The notes beneath the pieces were generated by a model, which saw only the letters and a list, made by a program, of their open reading frames with translations, ran no database searches and was not told where the DNA came from. From assembly GCA_963752285.1 (NCBI GenBank), contig CAVVXN010000001.1, forward strand, positions 128,001 to 192,000: a DNA stretch of 64,000 nt. Direction: 5' to 3'. The stretch comes from an uncultured Planctomycetota bacterium. GTDB taxonomy: Bacteria; Planctomycetota; PLA2; JAEUHO01. This document shows, piece after piece, positions 9,500 through 19,202 of the stretch (positions are counted from its first letter, which is position 1; the number at the start of each line of letters is the position of its first letter). The position numbers were made by a program, and so were the translations under genes.

Positions 9500-12229
9500 G
9501 TGACTCGCCCGCATACCACCCCGTTCCTCTTCCTCCTCGTCCTCGCGCTCGGCTCGCGCGTCGGGCGGGCGGACGAGTACGAGGACCGGACGAAGCCCGG
9601 GCACTGCGCGTGCGCGAAGGGGAACGCCACGTGGGAGTACCTGCGGTCCCCCCTCCCCCGGCCGGAGGACCCCGTCCGGTGCGGTCTCCTCCTCTCGGGA
9701 GGCAGCTGCGCGAACGAGCCCCGCCCCGCCGGGACGAGCGCCGCCTGCTGGGGCAGCCAGAAGGTCGAGTGCTTCTGGCGGCGCCACGCCTGGTCGTGGC
9801 ACATCCGCTGCAGCCGGTGCCTGGCCGAGGACGCGTGCGACGCGTGCGACGACCTGCCCGGCGCCCAGGACCCCGAGGCGCGCGCGGTCGTGGCGAAGCG
9901 CGTGGCGGCCGAGTCGGCGAGCATGGACCCCGACATCGTGGTCGCGATCTCGCCGCACTTCTACGTGGTGACGAACGTCCAGAAGCTCAAGCTCCGCAAC
10001 TTCCGGGGCGGGTACGGCTACGCCGACGCCCACGAGGTCGCGCACCTCTACGCGCAGCGCGCGGAGCAGGCGTACGACGACTTCGTGCACGGGTTCGGGC
10101 CGGAGGTGGTCCTCCCCAAACCGATGGCCGTCTACGTGGTCTCGCGGAAACGCGACGCGAACCGCGTCAGCGAGCGTTACTTCGGCGACCACGAGACGCG
10201 CATGAACTACGCGTTCAACTACACGGCCCGCATCGCCGACGGCTTCTGCGGGAACGGTTGCGTCGTCTCCGAGGAGGAGAACCGCGACGACAACGGCATG
10301 CACGGGTTCCTCCGACACCAGATCGGGCACATCCTCTTCTCGTGCTGGCGCATCACGAACGGCTTCGAGGACCACTGCCCGCGGTGGGCGTGGGTCGGAG
10401 CGGCGCACTTCCTGGAGAAGCTTCTGCCCATCCACGAGGACTACGCGACCTTCTGCGCGGGCGAGAGCCGGGTGGGCGAAGGACCGCGAAAGCGCTGGCC
10501 GAAGCGCGTGCGGGACATGGCCGCGCGCGAGATGGAACCCATCGAGACCTTCTTCAACAAGAACTCGCTGAGCGACCTCGCCTACCCCGACCACCTGCGT
10601 GCGTGGTCCGTCATGGACCTGATGCTCCGGGAAGACCGCGGCCCCTGGCTCCGGCTGCTCGCGAAGCTCCGCGACGGCGAGAACGAGGCGCCCGCATTCC
10701 GAGAGGTGCTCGGGCTCTCGCCCGAGGCGTTCCAGGAGCGATGGGTGGAGCGCGTGCTCGGGAAGCGCAAGAGCATGGCGGCGGAGCCGCCGGCGAGCGG
10801 GTCCGCCGAGGCGCCGCCGAGCCCCGATCTCGACCGGCTCACCGAGCCCGGGGACCCGACGGTCCTGGCCGGGCGGATCCGCGGCCTCGACGTCGTGGCC
10901 GACCCGAAGACCGCCGCGGCCCTCCTGCCCGACCTCGCGTCCGACTCGGATCTGGTCCGCGAGACGACGCATCTCGTGCTGCTGAAGACGACGTCCCCCG
11001 AGGTGATGGCGTACCTGCGGACGGAGGGGCTCGGCCACGCCCGACCGCTCGTCCGCGCCGGCGTGGCCCGGGTGCTCGGCGCGCTCGCCGACCGGGCGGC
11101 CCGCGGACGCCTGGAGGCGCTCCTCGACGACCGCGGCTGGCTCGTGCGCGCGAACGCGGCGTGGGCGCTGTCGAAGATCCACGATCCCGACTCGCGTCCC
11201 GTCCTGGAACGGCACCTGGAGGACGGCAACGACAAGGCGTGGATCTCGATCGCGGACGCGTGTGCGTCGTTCGTCGGCCGCTCCAAGGAGGCGACGCGCC
11301 TCCTCGCCGGCCGGCTCGACGACCCGGCTTGGCAGGTCCGTCTGACCGCCGTCGTGGCGCTCCGGAAGATCGGCACGGAGGACGGCCTCGACGCGCTCGT
11401 CCGACGGTTCCAGGAGGAGGACGGCCGCCTCGCCCGCGAGCTCCATGCGACGCTCGCGGTGATCGCGCGGGACGACCTCGGCCCGAACCCCGAGTCGTGG
11501 CGTTGGTGGTGGAAGCACCAGAAGGAGACGTACGGAGGGCTCCCGCCCGACCTGCCGGCGATGCCCACGAACCCCGCGGACGAGAGGTACGGGCTCCCGA
11601 AGGACGCTCCGCCCGACGAGCCGCACTACTACGGACGGCGGTTCTTCTCGCGAAGCGTGTGCTACGTCCTCGATACCAGCGCCTCGATGAAGTACACGAT
11701 GAACATCGTCGCGGACCAGGCGAAGGAGCTGGGGAAGATCCCGACGACCGGATCGCGCATGGAGATCGCGACGAGCGCGCTCGTGGACTCGCTCGAGCAC
11801 CTCGATCCGCGCACGCGGGTCCGCCTCGTCTTCTTCTCGACCGGGGTGACGCTGCGGCGCCCCGACCTCTTCGTGGCGTCGTCGGGCAACGTCGCGGCCG
11901 CGGTCTCCGACATCCACCGGATCCGGCCCGACGGCGAGACGAACTTCCACGGGGCCCTGAAGGCGGCGCTGGGGACGTACGGGGCGCCCTCCCTCGGACC
12001 CGATCTCGCGCCGAGTCCGGACACGGTGTTCTTCCTGACCGACGGGCGGCCGACGCGGGGCGAGATCACGTCGATGCCGGAGCTCCTGTCCTGGCTCGAG
12101 TACGTGAACCGGTTCGCGAAGGTCCGGCTCCACGTGATCGCCCTGGGAGAGCTCAACGTGGACATCGACTCGCTCCGCGCGCTCGCGAAGGCCGGGGGTG
12201 GCGAGGTGATCTGGGTCCGGGAGCGCTGA
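9500..12229 (+). CDS. Secreted multidomain protein: Cys-rich domain, degenerate zincin-like domain, HEAT repeats, VWA
   Basis: Signal peptide; HEAT repeats (WLVRANAAWALSKI, WQVRLTAVVALRKI); MIDAS VLDTSAS ... FLTDG. Confidence 0.85.
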   Translation: MTRPHTTPFLFLLVLALGSRVGRADEYEDRTKPGHCACAKGNATWEYLRSPLPRPEDPVRCGLLLSGGSCANEPRPAGTSAACWGSQKVECFWRRHAWSWHIRCSRCLAEDACDACDDLPGAQDPEARAVVAKRVAAESASMDPDIVVAISPHFYVVTNVQKLKLRNFRGGYGYADAHEVAHLYAQRAEQAYDDFVHGFGPEVVLPKPMAVYVVSRKRDANRVSERYFGDHETRMNYAFNYTARIADGFCGNGCVVSEEENRDDNGMHGFLRHQIGHILFSCWRITNGFEDHCPRWAWVGAAHFLEKLLPIHEDYATFCAGESRVGEGPRKRWPKRVRDMAAREMEPIETFFNKNSLSDLAYPDHLRAWSVMDLMLREDRGPWLRLLAKLRDGENEAPAFREVLGLSPEAFQERWVERVLGKRKSMAAEPPASGSAEAPPSPDLDRLTEPGDPTVLAGRIRGLDVVADPKTAAALLPDLASDSDLVRETTHLVLLKTTSPEVMAYLRTEGLGHARPLVRAGVARVLGALADRAARGRLEALLDDRGWLVRANAAWALSKIHDPDSRPVLERHLEDGNDKAWISIADACASFVGRSKEATRLLAGRLDDPAWQVRLTAVVALRKIGTEDGLDALVRRFQEEDGRLARELHATLAVIARDDLGPNPESWRWWWKHQKETYGGLPPDLPAMPTNPADERYGLPKDAPPDEPHYYGRRFFSRSVCYVLDTSASMKYTMNIVADQAKELGKIPTTGSRMEIATSALVDSLEHLDPRTRVRLVFFSTGVTLRRPDLFVASSGNVAAAVSDIHRIRPDGETNFHGALKAALGTYGAPSLGPDLAPSPDTVFFLTDGRPTRGEITSMPELLSWLEYVNRFAKVRLHVIALGELNVDIDSLRALAKAGGGEVIWVRER

Positions 12230-12264
12230 CGGGCCGGCCCGGGCCGGGTGCGCGAGCCCGAGGA

Positions 12265-12648
12265 TCAGCGCTCGAAGAGCGCGAGAACGGCGCCGGCCGG
12301 GTCACGCACGACGCAGAACGTCTTCGCGCCCATCGGGCGCGGACCGTCGAGCACGGCGCCGCCCAGTTCCACGCAGCGCCGGGCGCGACCCGCGACGTCG
12401 TCCACGGCGACGTAGAGGAGCCAGTGCGGCGGCAGGTTCGCGTTCTCTCCGCGGGCGTGGCAGATGCCCGCGACGGTCCGGCCGGTCTCCGGCGAGACCA
12501 TCTCGAAGTCGGCGTACGCCCCCATGTCGTGCGGCTTGGACGTCCAGCCGACGACCCCCTCGTAGAACGCACGCACGGTGTCGGCGTCGGGGACCGTGAG
12601 GTCCTGCCAGACGATCGTGCCGGCGGCGGTCGGCTTCGCTTCGCTCAT
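12265..12648 (-). CDS. VOC family protein
   Basis: [32 protein letters not shown] and VRDPAGA motifs. Confidence 0.9.
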   Translation of the reverse strand: MSEAKPTAAGTIVWQDLTVPDADTVRAFYEGVVGWTSKPHDMGAYADFEMVSPETGRTVAGICHARGENANLPPHWLLYVAVDDVAGRARRCVELGGAVLDGPRPMGAKTFCVVRDPAGAVLALFER

Positions 12649-12795
12649 GTCACGTCTCCCGGCGTCGCGCCGCTCACCACAGAACGGGCTCTCGCGAGAG
12701 CGGCGAGACGCGCTCGTCGGGGCCAAGGATGCCCCGAGAGCCGAGCGGATCGCAAGCCGCGACATCGAGCCTCGGCCCCGGCGACCGGCGCCCAC

Positions 12796-13010
12796 CTCGC
12801 GGAGCAGGGTCACGGCCTCGGGCGAGGCGTCGTGCTCGCCGTCGAAGCCGGCGACGAAGCGCCCGCCACGGACATCGCCTCGAGGCTCGAGGAGACGCCG
12901 GGCGCGGCGAGGTCGCGCCACGGCACGGGGACTCGCACCCGCGAGACGGTCTTCCGGAACACGACGGCCGTGCGCCGGAGGAGCCCGCGCGCGACCGTCT
13001 CGGGCGCGGG
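12796..13010 (-). pseudogene. Remnant of the C-terminal region of an Lhr-like helicase, frameshifted
   Basis: [23 protein letters not shown] in one frame, then [31 protein letters not shown] in another; matches the recalled Lhr C-terminal motif LEARGE.RGGRFV.GF.GEQFALPEAV..LR. Confidence 0.7.
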
Positions 13011-13053
13011 CGGGCGAGCGTCCGGGCGGGCTCGGGGCGGGGTCGGGGCGAGG

Positions 13054-14841
13054 TCAGGGTGAGGTCGCCTGGAGCGCCCGGAGGTGCGACTGGATCTCCT
13101 CCGTCTGGAGGAACGACTGGTACGTGGGAGACCGCTGCGCGAGGTCCTCGTGCGTTCCCTGGTCCGCCGGTCGGCCGTCCTCGAGCACGATGACGCGGTC
13201 CGCCCGGCGGATCGTGGCGAGCCGGTGGGAGACCACGACCACCGTCACGCCGGGGAAGGCCTCCGCGAGGGCCGACCAGAAGCGATCCTCGTTGTCGGCG
13301 TCGAGCGAGGCGGTGCAGTCGTCGAGGAGGAGCAGGTCGGGACGTCCGAAGAGCGCCCGCGCGATGGCGATGCGCTGGCGTTGCCCGCCCGAGACGCGGG
13401 TGCCGCCGCGGCCGAGGCGCGTCGAGACCTCCGCCGGCATCGTCGCGAGGTCCGGCGTCATCTGCGCCACGTCGAGGCACCGGCGGAGCCAAACCTCGTC
13501 GCCCTCGCGCCCGAACGACACGTTCTCCGCGACGGTGTCGGAGAAGAGCTGGGCGTCCTGCGGCACGTAGCCGATCCGCGACCGGAGGGTCGGCCACGTC
13601 CAGGCGTCGAACGGCTGCCCGTTCACGAGGACCGCGCCCTCGGAGGGGGTGAGGAGCCCTGCGAGCGCGCGGACCAGCGTGGTCTTGCCCGAGCCCACCG
13701 CGCCGACGACGGCCACGCGCTCGCCCGCGCGCATCTCGATCGCGTCCACGCGGAGGGCGGGCGCACGGTCCCCGCCGTACGCGAGCGTCGCGCCCCGCAG
13801 CCCGACCGACTCGATGCGCGCCGGGCCTTCGCGCGTGCCGCGCCGTTCGACGACGGCCGGGTCGCGCAGCACTTCCTCTTCCCGGTCGATCGACACGAAC
13901 GCCTGCTTGGCCGTCACGAGCAGGTTCGGTAGGTCGATCATCGGGTGGATGAGCTGGTCGAGGTAGAGGTAGATCGCGTAGAGGGTGCCCAGGGTGAGCG
14001 TGCCGTCGAGGAAGCGGAGCCCGCCCAGAAGCACGACGAGTACCTGTCCGAAGCGACCGGCCGCCTCGTCGAGCTGGTGGATCAGCACGTTCAGCCGCGC
14101 GAGGCGGAGCTGGATCCGGATGCGCTCCTCGAGCACCTCGCCGAGCCGGTGCTCCTGCCCCGGAGCGGCGTTGAAGGCCTTGACGATCCGGATGCCGGAG
14201 AACGCGGACTCCAGCACGTCGTTCGTCCGCGCCACGGACTCCTGCTGCGCCTGGTACGTCTCGCCCATGGCGCGGCGCGCCATGTAGAAGACGTACAGCA
14301 TCACCGGGACCGGGAGGAGCGCGAGGAGGGTCAGGTTCACGTCGAGGAGGAGCATCGCGACGATGCAGAACGCGAACCGGGACATGGAGTCCACGAACCG
14401 GAACACCCCCGAGCAGGCGAACCACCCGATCCGGGGGTAGTCGGTGATGTCGTCGGTCAGACGGGTTACGAGATCGCCCGTGCGGAACCGGGAGAAGAAC
14501 GACGGGTCCTTCCGGAGGATCGACCCGAAGACCCGCGCGCGCACGGCCATCTCGATCCGCTGGTTCACCCAGGCGCGCACGCTCGGGTAGAACCCCGCGA
14601 GGACCCGGCCGAGGGCCACCGCCCCGAGCAGGAGCAGGATGCCCGGGAGACGCCCCGCGAGGACCTCGCGACCCGTGCCCATCGCGTCGAGCGCGCGCTG
14701 GAATACGAGGGGGTACGCGATCGTGACGGCGGTCGAGACCGTGGTGAGGCCGAACAGGAGAAGGAGGAAGCCGCGGTTCGGACGCCAGACGGCGCGCAGG
14801 AACGCGAGGTGGTCGCGAAGGGGGAGCGCGGGCGTGCTCAC
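13054..14841 (-). CDS. ABC exporter, fused TMD-NBD (subunit with degenerate Walker B)
   Basis: GAVGSGKT, VSGGQRQR and LLLLDDCT; GTG start overlaps the upstream stop. Confidence 0.92.
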   Translation of the reverse strand: MSTPALPLRDHLAFLRAVWRPNRGFLLLLFGLTTVSTAVTIAYPLVFQRALDAMGTGREVLAGRLPGILLLLGAVALGRVLAGFYPSVRAWVNQRIEMAVRARVFGSILRKDPSFFSRFRTGDLVTRLTDDITDYPRIGWFACSGVFRFVDSMSRFAFCIVAMLLLDVNLTLLALLPVPVMLYVFYMARRAMGETYQAQQESVARTNDVLESAFSGIRIVKAFNAAPGQEHRLGEVLEERIRIQLRLARLNVLIHQLDEAAGRFGQVLVVLLGGLRFLDGTLTLGTLYAIYLYLDQLIHPMIDLPNLLVTAKQAFVSIDREEEVLRDPAVVERRGTREGPARIESVGLRGATLAYGGDRAPALRVDAIEMRAGERVAVVGAVGSGKTTLVRALAGLLTPSEGAVLVNGQPFDAWTWPTLRSRIGYVPQDAQLFSDTVAENVSFGREGDEVWLRRCLDVAQMTPDLATMPAEVSTRLGRGGTRVSGGQRQRIAIARALFGRPDLLLLDDCTASLDADNEDRFWSALAEAFPGVTVVVVSHRLATIRRADRVIVLEDGRPADQGTHEDLAQRSPTYQSFLQTEEIQSHLRALQATSP

Positions 14842-16637
14842 GTCGCCGCCCCCGCCTCGCGGAACTGGAGGTCGAACAGGTCGCGGTACACGCCGCCCCG
14901 GACGTAGAGCTCGCGATGCGTCCCCTCCTCCACGAGCCGCCCCTGGTGGAGCACCAGGATCCGGTCGGCACCGACCACGGTGGCGAGCCGGTGCGCGACG
15001 ATCAACGCCGTGCGACCGCGGAGCAGGCGATCCAGCGCGTCCTTCAGCCGCCGCTCGGTCGCCGGGTCCACGGACGACGTCGCCTCGTCGAGCACGAGGA
15101 CGTCCGGATCGTGGGCGAGCGCCCGCGCGAAGCAGAGGAGCTGCCGCTCCCCCATCGAGAGGTTCGCGCCCCGCTCGTGGAGGATCTCGTCGTAGCCGCC
15201 CGGCAGGCGCCCCAGGAGGTCCTGGATCCCCGCGACGGCGACGGCGCGGTCCACGGCCTCCCCCGGGACGTCCTCGGCCAGCGCGCAGAGGTTCTCGCGG
15301 ACGGTGCCCGGAAAGAGGTGGATGTCCTGGAGCACGAGGCCGAGCCGGGATCGCCACGCAGCGATGCGCCACGCGCGGATGTCGTCGCCGTCGAGAGCGA
15401 TGCGGCCCTCGGTCGGGTCGTGGAAACGGAGCAGCAAGCTCGTCAGTGTCGTCTTGCCGCCCCCGGAGAGGCCGACCAGCGCCACCTTCTCTCCCCGCCC
15501 GATGGTGAAGGAGACCCCGTCGAGCGCGCGCGTCCCGCCGTCGTACTCGAAGGACACGTCCTCGAACCGGAGCGCCTTCCAGTCGTCGGGGACCTTCGGC
15601 CTCGCGTCCGGGCGGTCGCGGGTCAGGGACCGGGTGTCGAGCACCTCGAAGACGCGGTCGGCCGAGGCGAACGCGCGCTGCACCTGGCCGAGCTGCTCGG
15701 AGAACGCGATGAGCGGCCGGAACGCGCGGCGCGTGTACTCGAGGAAGAGCACGAAGACGCCCGGCGTCATCGCCGCGCCGAGCGTGTCGCCCGCCGCGAT
15801 CCACAGGATCAGGATCACGGCCACGACCTCGACCGCGGAGAGCGCGCCCCAGAACCCGTAGTCGAGCAGCGCGGCCCGCCGCTCGGCGACGAGCTTGTCC
15901 TGGTTGAGGCCGGCGAGGCGCGCCTCGGCCCGCACCTCGTAGCCGAAGGCCCGGAGCACGGGCACGCCCTGCACGAACTCCGACACGAACGCCGAGATCC
16001 GGGCGTAGAGCGCCCGGACGCGCCGATAGAGAACATGCATCCAACGGAAGAAGAACACCGTGGCGAAGATCACGGGCACGGCCAGCGCGACGACCGCCGC
16101 CGCGATCTGCCACGCCGTCGCGAACATCACGACGAACATGCCGAGGACGAGCAGCAGCGTCCGCAGGAGCGAGACGCCCACCTCCGAGAAGAGCGCCTGG
16201 AGCCGCTCCGTGTCGGACTCGACGCGCGCGAGCAGCTTGCCTGGGCTGTTCTCGTCGAAGTACGCCATCGACAGGCCGAGGAGGTGGTGGAACAGCGCGC
16301 GCTTGAGCGTCGTGACGATCGCGAGGCCCATCTTCGCGAGGAGGACCACCTGGACCCACGCGGCCAGGCCGGAGCAGGCGAAGAGGAAGGCGAGGAGGGC
16401 GGCCGACGCGTACAGCGCGTGCCTCGACCCGCCGACCAGCCCCGCGTCGATCAGGTGACGCAGCGCGAGCGGTCCGGCGAGCTCGGCGCCGATCCCGACG
16501 AGCATGGCCAACGTACCGCCGAGGAGGAGCCGGGCTTGCGGCCGCACGAGCGGGACGAGACGGCGCACCATCTCGCCCAGCCGGAGCCGGCGAACACGGC
16601 GTTCCTCCTCGACCAGCTCCTCCGGCGCGAACGGCAT
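14838..16637 (-). CDS. ABC exporter, fused TMD-NBD (subunit with degenerate signature)
   Basis: GLSGGGKT, LSMGERQ, LVLDEAT and IVAHRL. Confidence 0.93.
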   Translation of the reverse strand: MPFAPEELVEEERRVRRLRLGEMVRRLVPLVRPQARLLLGGTLAMLVGIGAELAGPLALRHLIDAGLVGGSRHALYASAALLAFLFACSGLAAWVQVVLLAKMGLAIVTTLKRALFHHLLGLSMAYFDENSPGKLLARVESDTERLQALFSEVGVSLLRTLLLVLGMFVVMFATAWQIAAAVVALAVPVIFATVFFFRWMHVLYRRVRALYARISAFVSEFVQGVPVLRAFGYEVRAEARLAGLNQDKLVAERRAALLDYGFWGALSAVEVVAVILILWIAAGDTLGAAMTPGVFVLFLEYTRRAFRPLIAFSEQLGQVQRAFASADRVFEVLDTRSLTRDRPDARPKVPDDWKALRFEDVSFEYDGGTRALDGVSFTIGRGEKVALVGLSGGGKTTLTSLLLRFHDPTEGRIALDGDDIRAWRIAAWRSRLGLVLQDIHLFPGTVRENLCALAEDVPGEAVDRAVAVAGIQDLLGRLPGGYDEILHERGANLSMGERQLLCFARALAHDPDVLVLDEATSSVDPATERRLKDALDRLLRGRTALIVAHRLATVVGADRILVLHQGRLVEEGTHRELYVRGGVYRDLFDLQFREAGAAT

Positions 16638-16794
16638 CGCGCGTCAAGGTAGCCCATCGACCTCGTCGCGGCTCCATCCGTGTCCGGAGGGACCGGCGCC
16701 TGGCCGTGCCGCCCCGCCTCCGGGACCTCGTCCCGCGCCTCTCCCACCACGGGTCGCCTCCGCGCGGGTGGTAGGATTGGGTTCAGGCTCCAGG

Positions 16795-17961
16795 ATGAAC
16801 GCGATGAACCCCATCACATCCGAGGACCTCGAGCTCCTTCTCACGCGCCGCGCCGGCCCCTGCGTCTCGATCTACCTCCCGACGCACCGGGCCGGTCGAG
16901 AGACGCAGCAGGACCGGATCCGGCTCAAGAACCTCGTGCGGCGCGCGGAGTCCGATCTCGAGCGCGTCGCGATCCGCGGATCGAGCGCCGAGGAGGTGCT
17001 CGCCCCGGCCCGGGCGCTGCTCGGCGAGGGACCCTTCTGGTCCGAGCTCTCCGACGGACTCGGCATCTTCCTCGCGCCGGGTTTCTCCCACGTGCTCCGG
17101 CTGCCGGCGTCGTGCGACGAGCTGGTCGTCGTGTCCGGCGCGTTCCACGTGAAGCGCCTCCTGCCGCTGGTGAGCGGCGACGGCGCGTTCTACGTGCTGG
17201 CGATCAGCCAGAATCGAGTCCGACTGCTCGAGGGAACGCGGTTCCAGGTCGAGGAGCTCCAGGCGACCGGGCTCCCCAAGAGCCTGCGGGACGCGCTCTG
17301 GATGGACAACCCGGAGCAGTCCCTGCAGCACCACACCACGCTCCCGGCGCGCGACGGCGGCTCCGCCACCGTCATGTTCCACGGACACGGCGGCGCGTCC
17401 GAGACCGAGAAGAACCGACTGCTCCGCTACTTCCGGCGCGTGGACGAGGGCGTGCGGGAGCTCATCCACAACGATCACGTGCCTCTGGTGCTCGCGGGCG
17501 TCGAGCACTATTTCCCGATCTACCGCGAGGCGAACCGGTACGCCGGACTCGTCGAGCAGGGCGTGCACGGCAGCCCCGACCAGCTCACGGCTCGCGAGCT
17601 GCACGCGCGCGCGTGGGCGATCGTCGCACCGCGGTTCCGCCGCGCACAGGAGACGTCGATCGAGCGCTTCCGCGACCACGCGGGCCAGGGCAAGACGTCC
17701 GACCGCCTGGAGGACATCGTCGCCGCGGCCCACCACGGACGCGTGGACACGCTCTTCGTCGCGTCCGGACGCCAGTGCTGGGGCGCGTACGTGCCGGGCG
17801 ACGGCGGCACGGTCGTGTTGCACCCCTCCTACGAGCTGGGCGACCAGGACCTGCTCGACGTCGCGGCGGCGGCCACGCTCAAGACGGGAGGTCGCGTGTT
17901 CCCGCTCGCGCCGGACGAGGTCCCCGCGCACGGCTGCGCCGCGGCCATCCTCCGGTACTGA
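16795..17961 (+). CDS. Bacterial archaeo-eukaryotic release factor (baeRF3/7-like) protein
   Basis: PCVSIYLPTHRAG..QQDRIRLKNL, FHVKRLLP, PLVLAGV, GRVDTLFV and AAILRY. Start 16795 or 16804. Confidence 0.85.
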   Translation: MNAMNPITSEDLELLLTRRAGPCVSIYLPTHRAGRETQQDRIRLKNLVRRAESDLERVAIRGSSAEEVLAPARALLGEGPFWSELSDGLGIFLAPGFSHVLRLPASCDELVVVSGAFHVKRLLPLVSGDGAFYVLAISQNRVRLLEGTRFQVEELQATGLPKSLRDALWMDNPEQSLQHHTTLPARDGGSATVMFHGHGGASETEKNRLLRYFRRVDEGVRELIHNDHVPLVLAGVEHYFPIYREANRYAGLVEQGVHGSPDQLTARELHARAWAIVAPRFRRAQETSIERFRDHAGQGKTSDRLEDIVAAAHHGRVDTLFVASGRQCWGAYVPGDGGTVVLHPSYELGDQDLLDVAAAATLKTGGRVFPLAPDEVPAHGCAAAILRY

Positions 17962-17999
17962 CCCTGGGCCCCCGTCGGCGCACCTGGCGCGGGAGGGAT

Positions 18000-18941
18000 A
18001 TGCTGATGACGAGGTCGTTGGGCCTGGCCGTCTTGGGGTTCGCCTCCCTCCTCGCGTCGGGGTGCGGGAGCGAGGGGCCGGCGGCCTCGGCTACGAATGC
18101 GCGTCACGCGAAGCCGGTCGTGGCCGTCGTGAGCTATCCGCTCCTCTACTTCGTGGAGCGGATCGCGGGCGAGCGCGTCGAGACGTACTTCCCGGTTCCC
18201 GCGGGGGAGGACCCGGCGTTCTGGAGGCCCACCGACGACGAGGTGCTCCGGTACCAGCACGCCGACCGGGTCCTCCTGAACGGCGCGACGTTCGCCAAGT
18301 GGGCGCTCATCACCTCGCTCCCCGAGGACCGGGTCACGGACACGTCCAAGAGCGTCGCCGATCACTACATCCAGATGAAGCACGTGATCATCCACTCCCA
18401 CGGCCCGGAGGGCCCCCACGAGCACCGGGGGACCGCGATCACCACGTGGCTCGACCCCACCATCGCCATCGTCCAGGCGCAGGCAACGAAGGACGCCCTC
18501 GAGGCGCTGCTCCCCGAGACCGCGCGACCCGACCTGGACCGCGGCCTCGCTTCGCTCGAGAAGGACCTCCACGACCTCGACGCGGCGTTCCGCGCGGCCG
18601 TGGACCAGGACCCGAAGCGGCCCGTCTTCTTCTCGCACCCCGTCTTCCAGTACCTGATCCACCGTTACGCAATCGACGCCGAGGCGGTGCACTGGGAGGC
18701 GAACGAGATGCCCGACGAGAAGGAGTGGACGGGCTTCGAGGCGCTCCTCGAGAACCACCCCGCGAAGTGGATGCTCTGGGAGTCCGCGCCGAGGGACGAC
18801 GTCCGGGAACGCCTCCGGGAGCTGGGCGTCGAGAGCGTGGTGTTCGATCCGTGCTCGAACCGCCCGGCCGAGGGCGACTTCCTCTCCGTGATGCGCGCCG
18901 ACGCGGACGCGCTCCGGACCGCGTTCGGCGCGGGCTCGTAG
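18000..18941 (+). CDS. Zn/Mn-type (cluster A-I, ZnuA/TroA-like) metal-binding lipoprotein
   Basis: Lipobox ASGC; YPLLYFVERIAG, DPAFWRP, HSHGPEGPHEH, WLDP and SHPVFQY; GGAGG RBS. Confidence 0.88.
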   Translation: MLMTRSLGLAVLGFASLLASGCGSEGPAASATNARHAKPVVAVVSYPLLYFVERIAGERVETYFPVPAGEDPAFWRPTDDEVLRYQHADRVLLNGATFAKWALITSLPEDRVTDTSKSVADHYIQMKHVIIHSHGPEGPHEHRGTAITTWLDPTIAIVQAQATKDALEALLPETARPDLDRGLASLEKDLHDLDAAFRAAVDQDPKRPVFFSHPVFQYLIHRYAIDAEAVHWEANEMPDEKEWTGFEALLENHPAKWMLWESAPRDDVRERLRELGVESVVFDPCSNRPAEGDFLSVMRADADALRTAFGAGS

Positions 18942-19202
18942 CCGGCCCGGGGACCCGGCGGCTCGGCCGGCACCTTCGTCCCCGATCGGTGGACGTCTTC
19001 GTGGACCGCGCGTCGCGCGTCCGAGGCCCGCGCGTCCCGGGTTTCCGGCGATCGGCGCGGGACCGCCGGGCCCGACGCCCCGGGATCTTCGACCCCGCGT
19101 GAACGGTTCCCCCCTTTGCGAGCCCCTATGGGCGTCCGTTGGACTGGGCGTGCCCGGTGGCCCACCGGCCCCGCGGCCATGTCCTTCCAGGGAGAAGCCC
19201 TC

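Noticed and set aside
19081..19095. CGGGATCTTCGACCC shared with the intergenic site at 40217..40231
   Set aside because: A single 15-nt match is plausible by chance at this GC content; no third copy or structure was seen.
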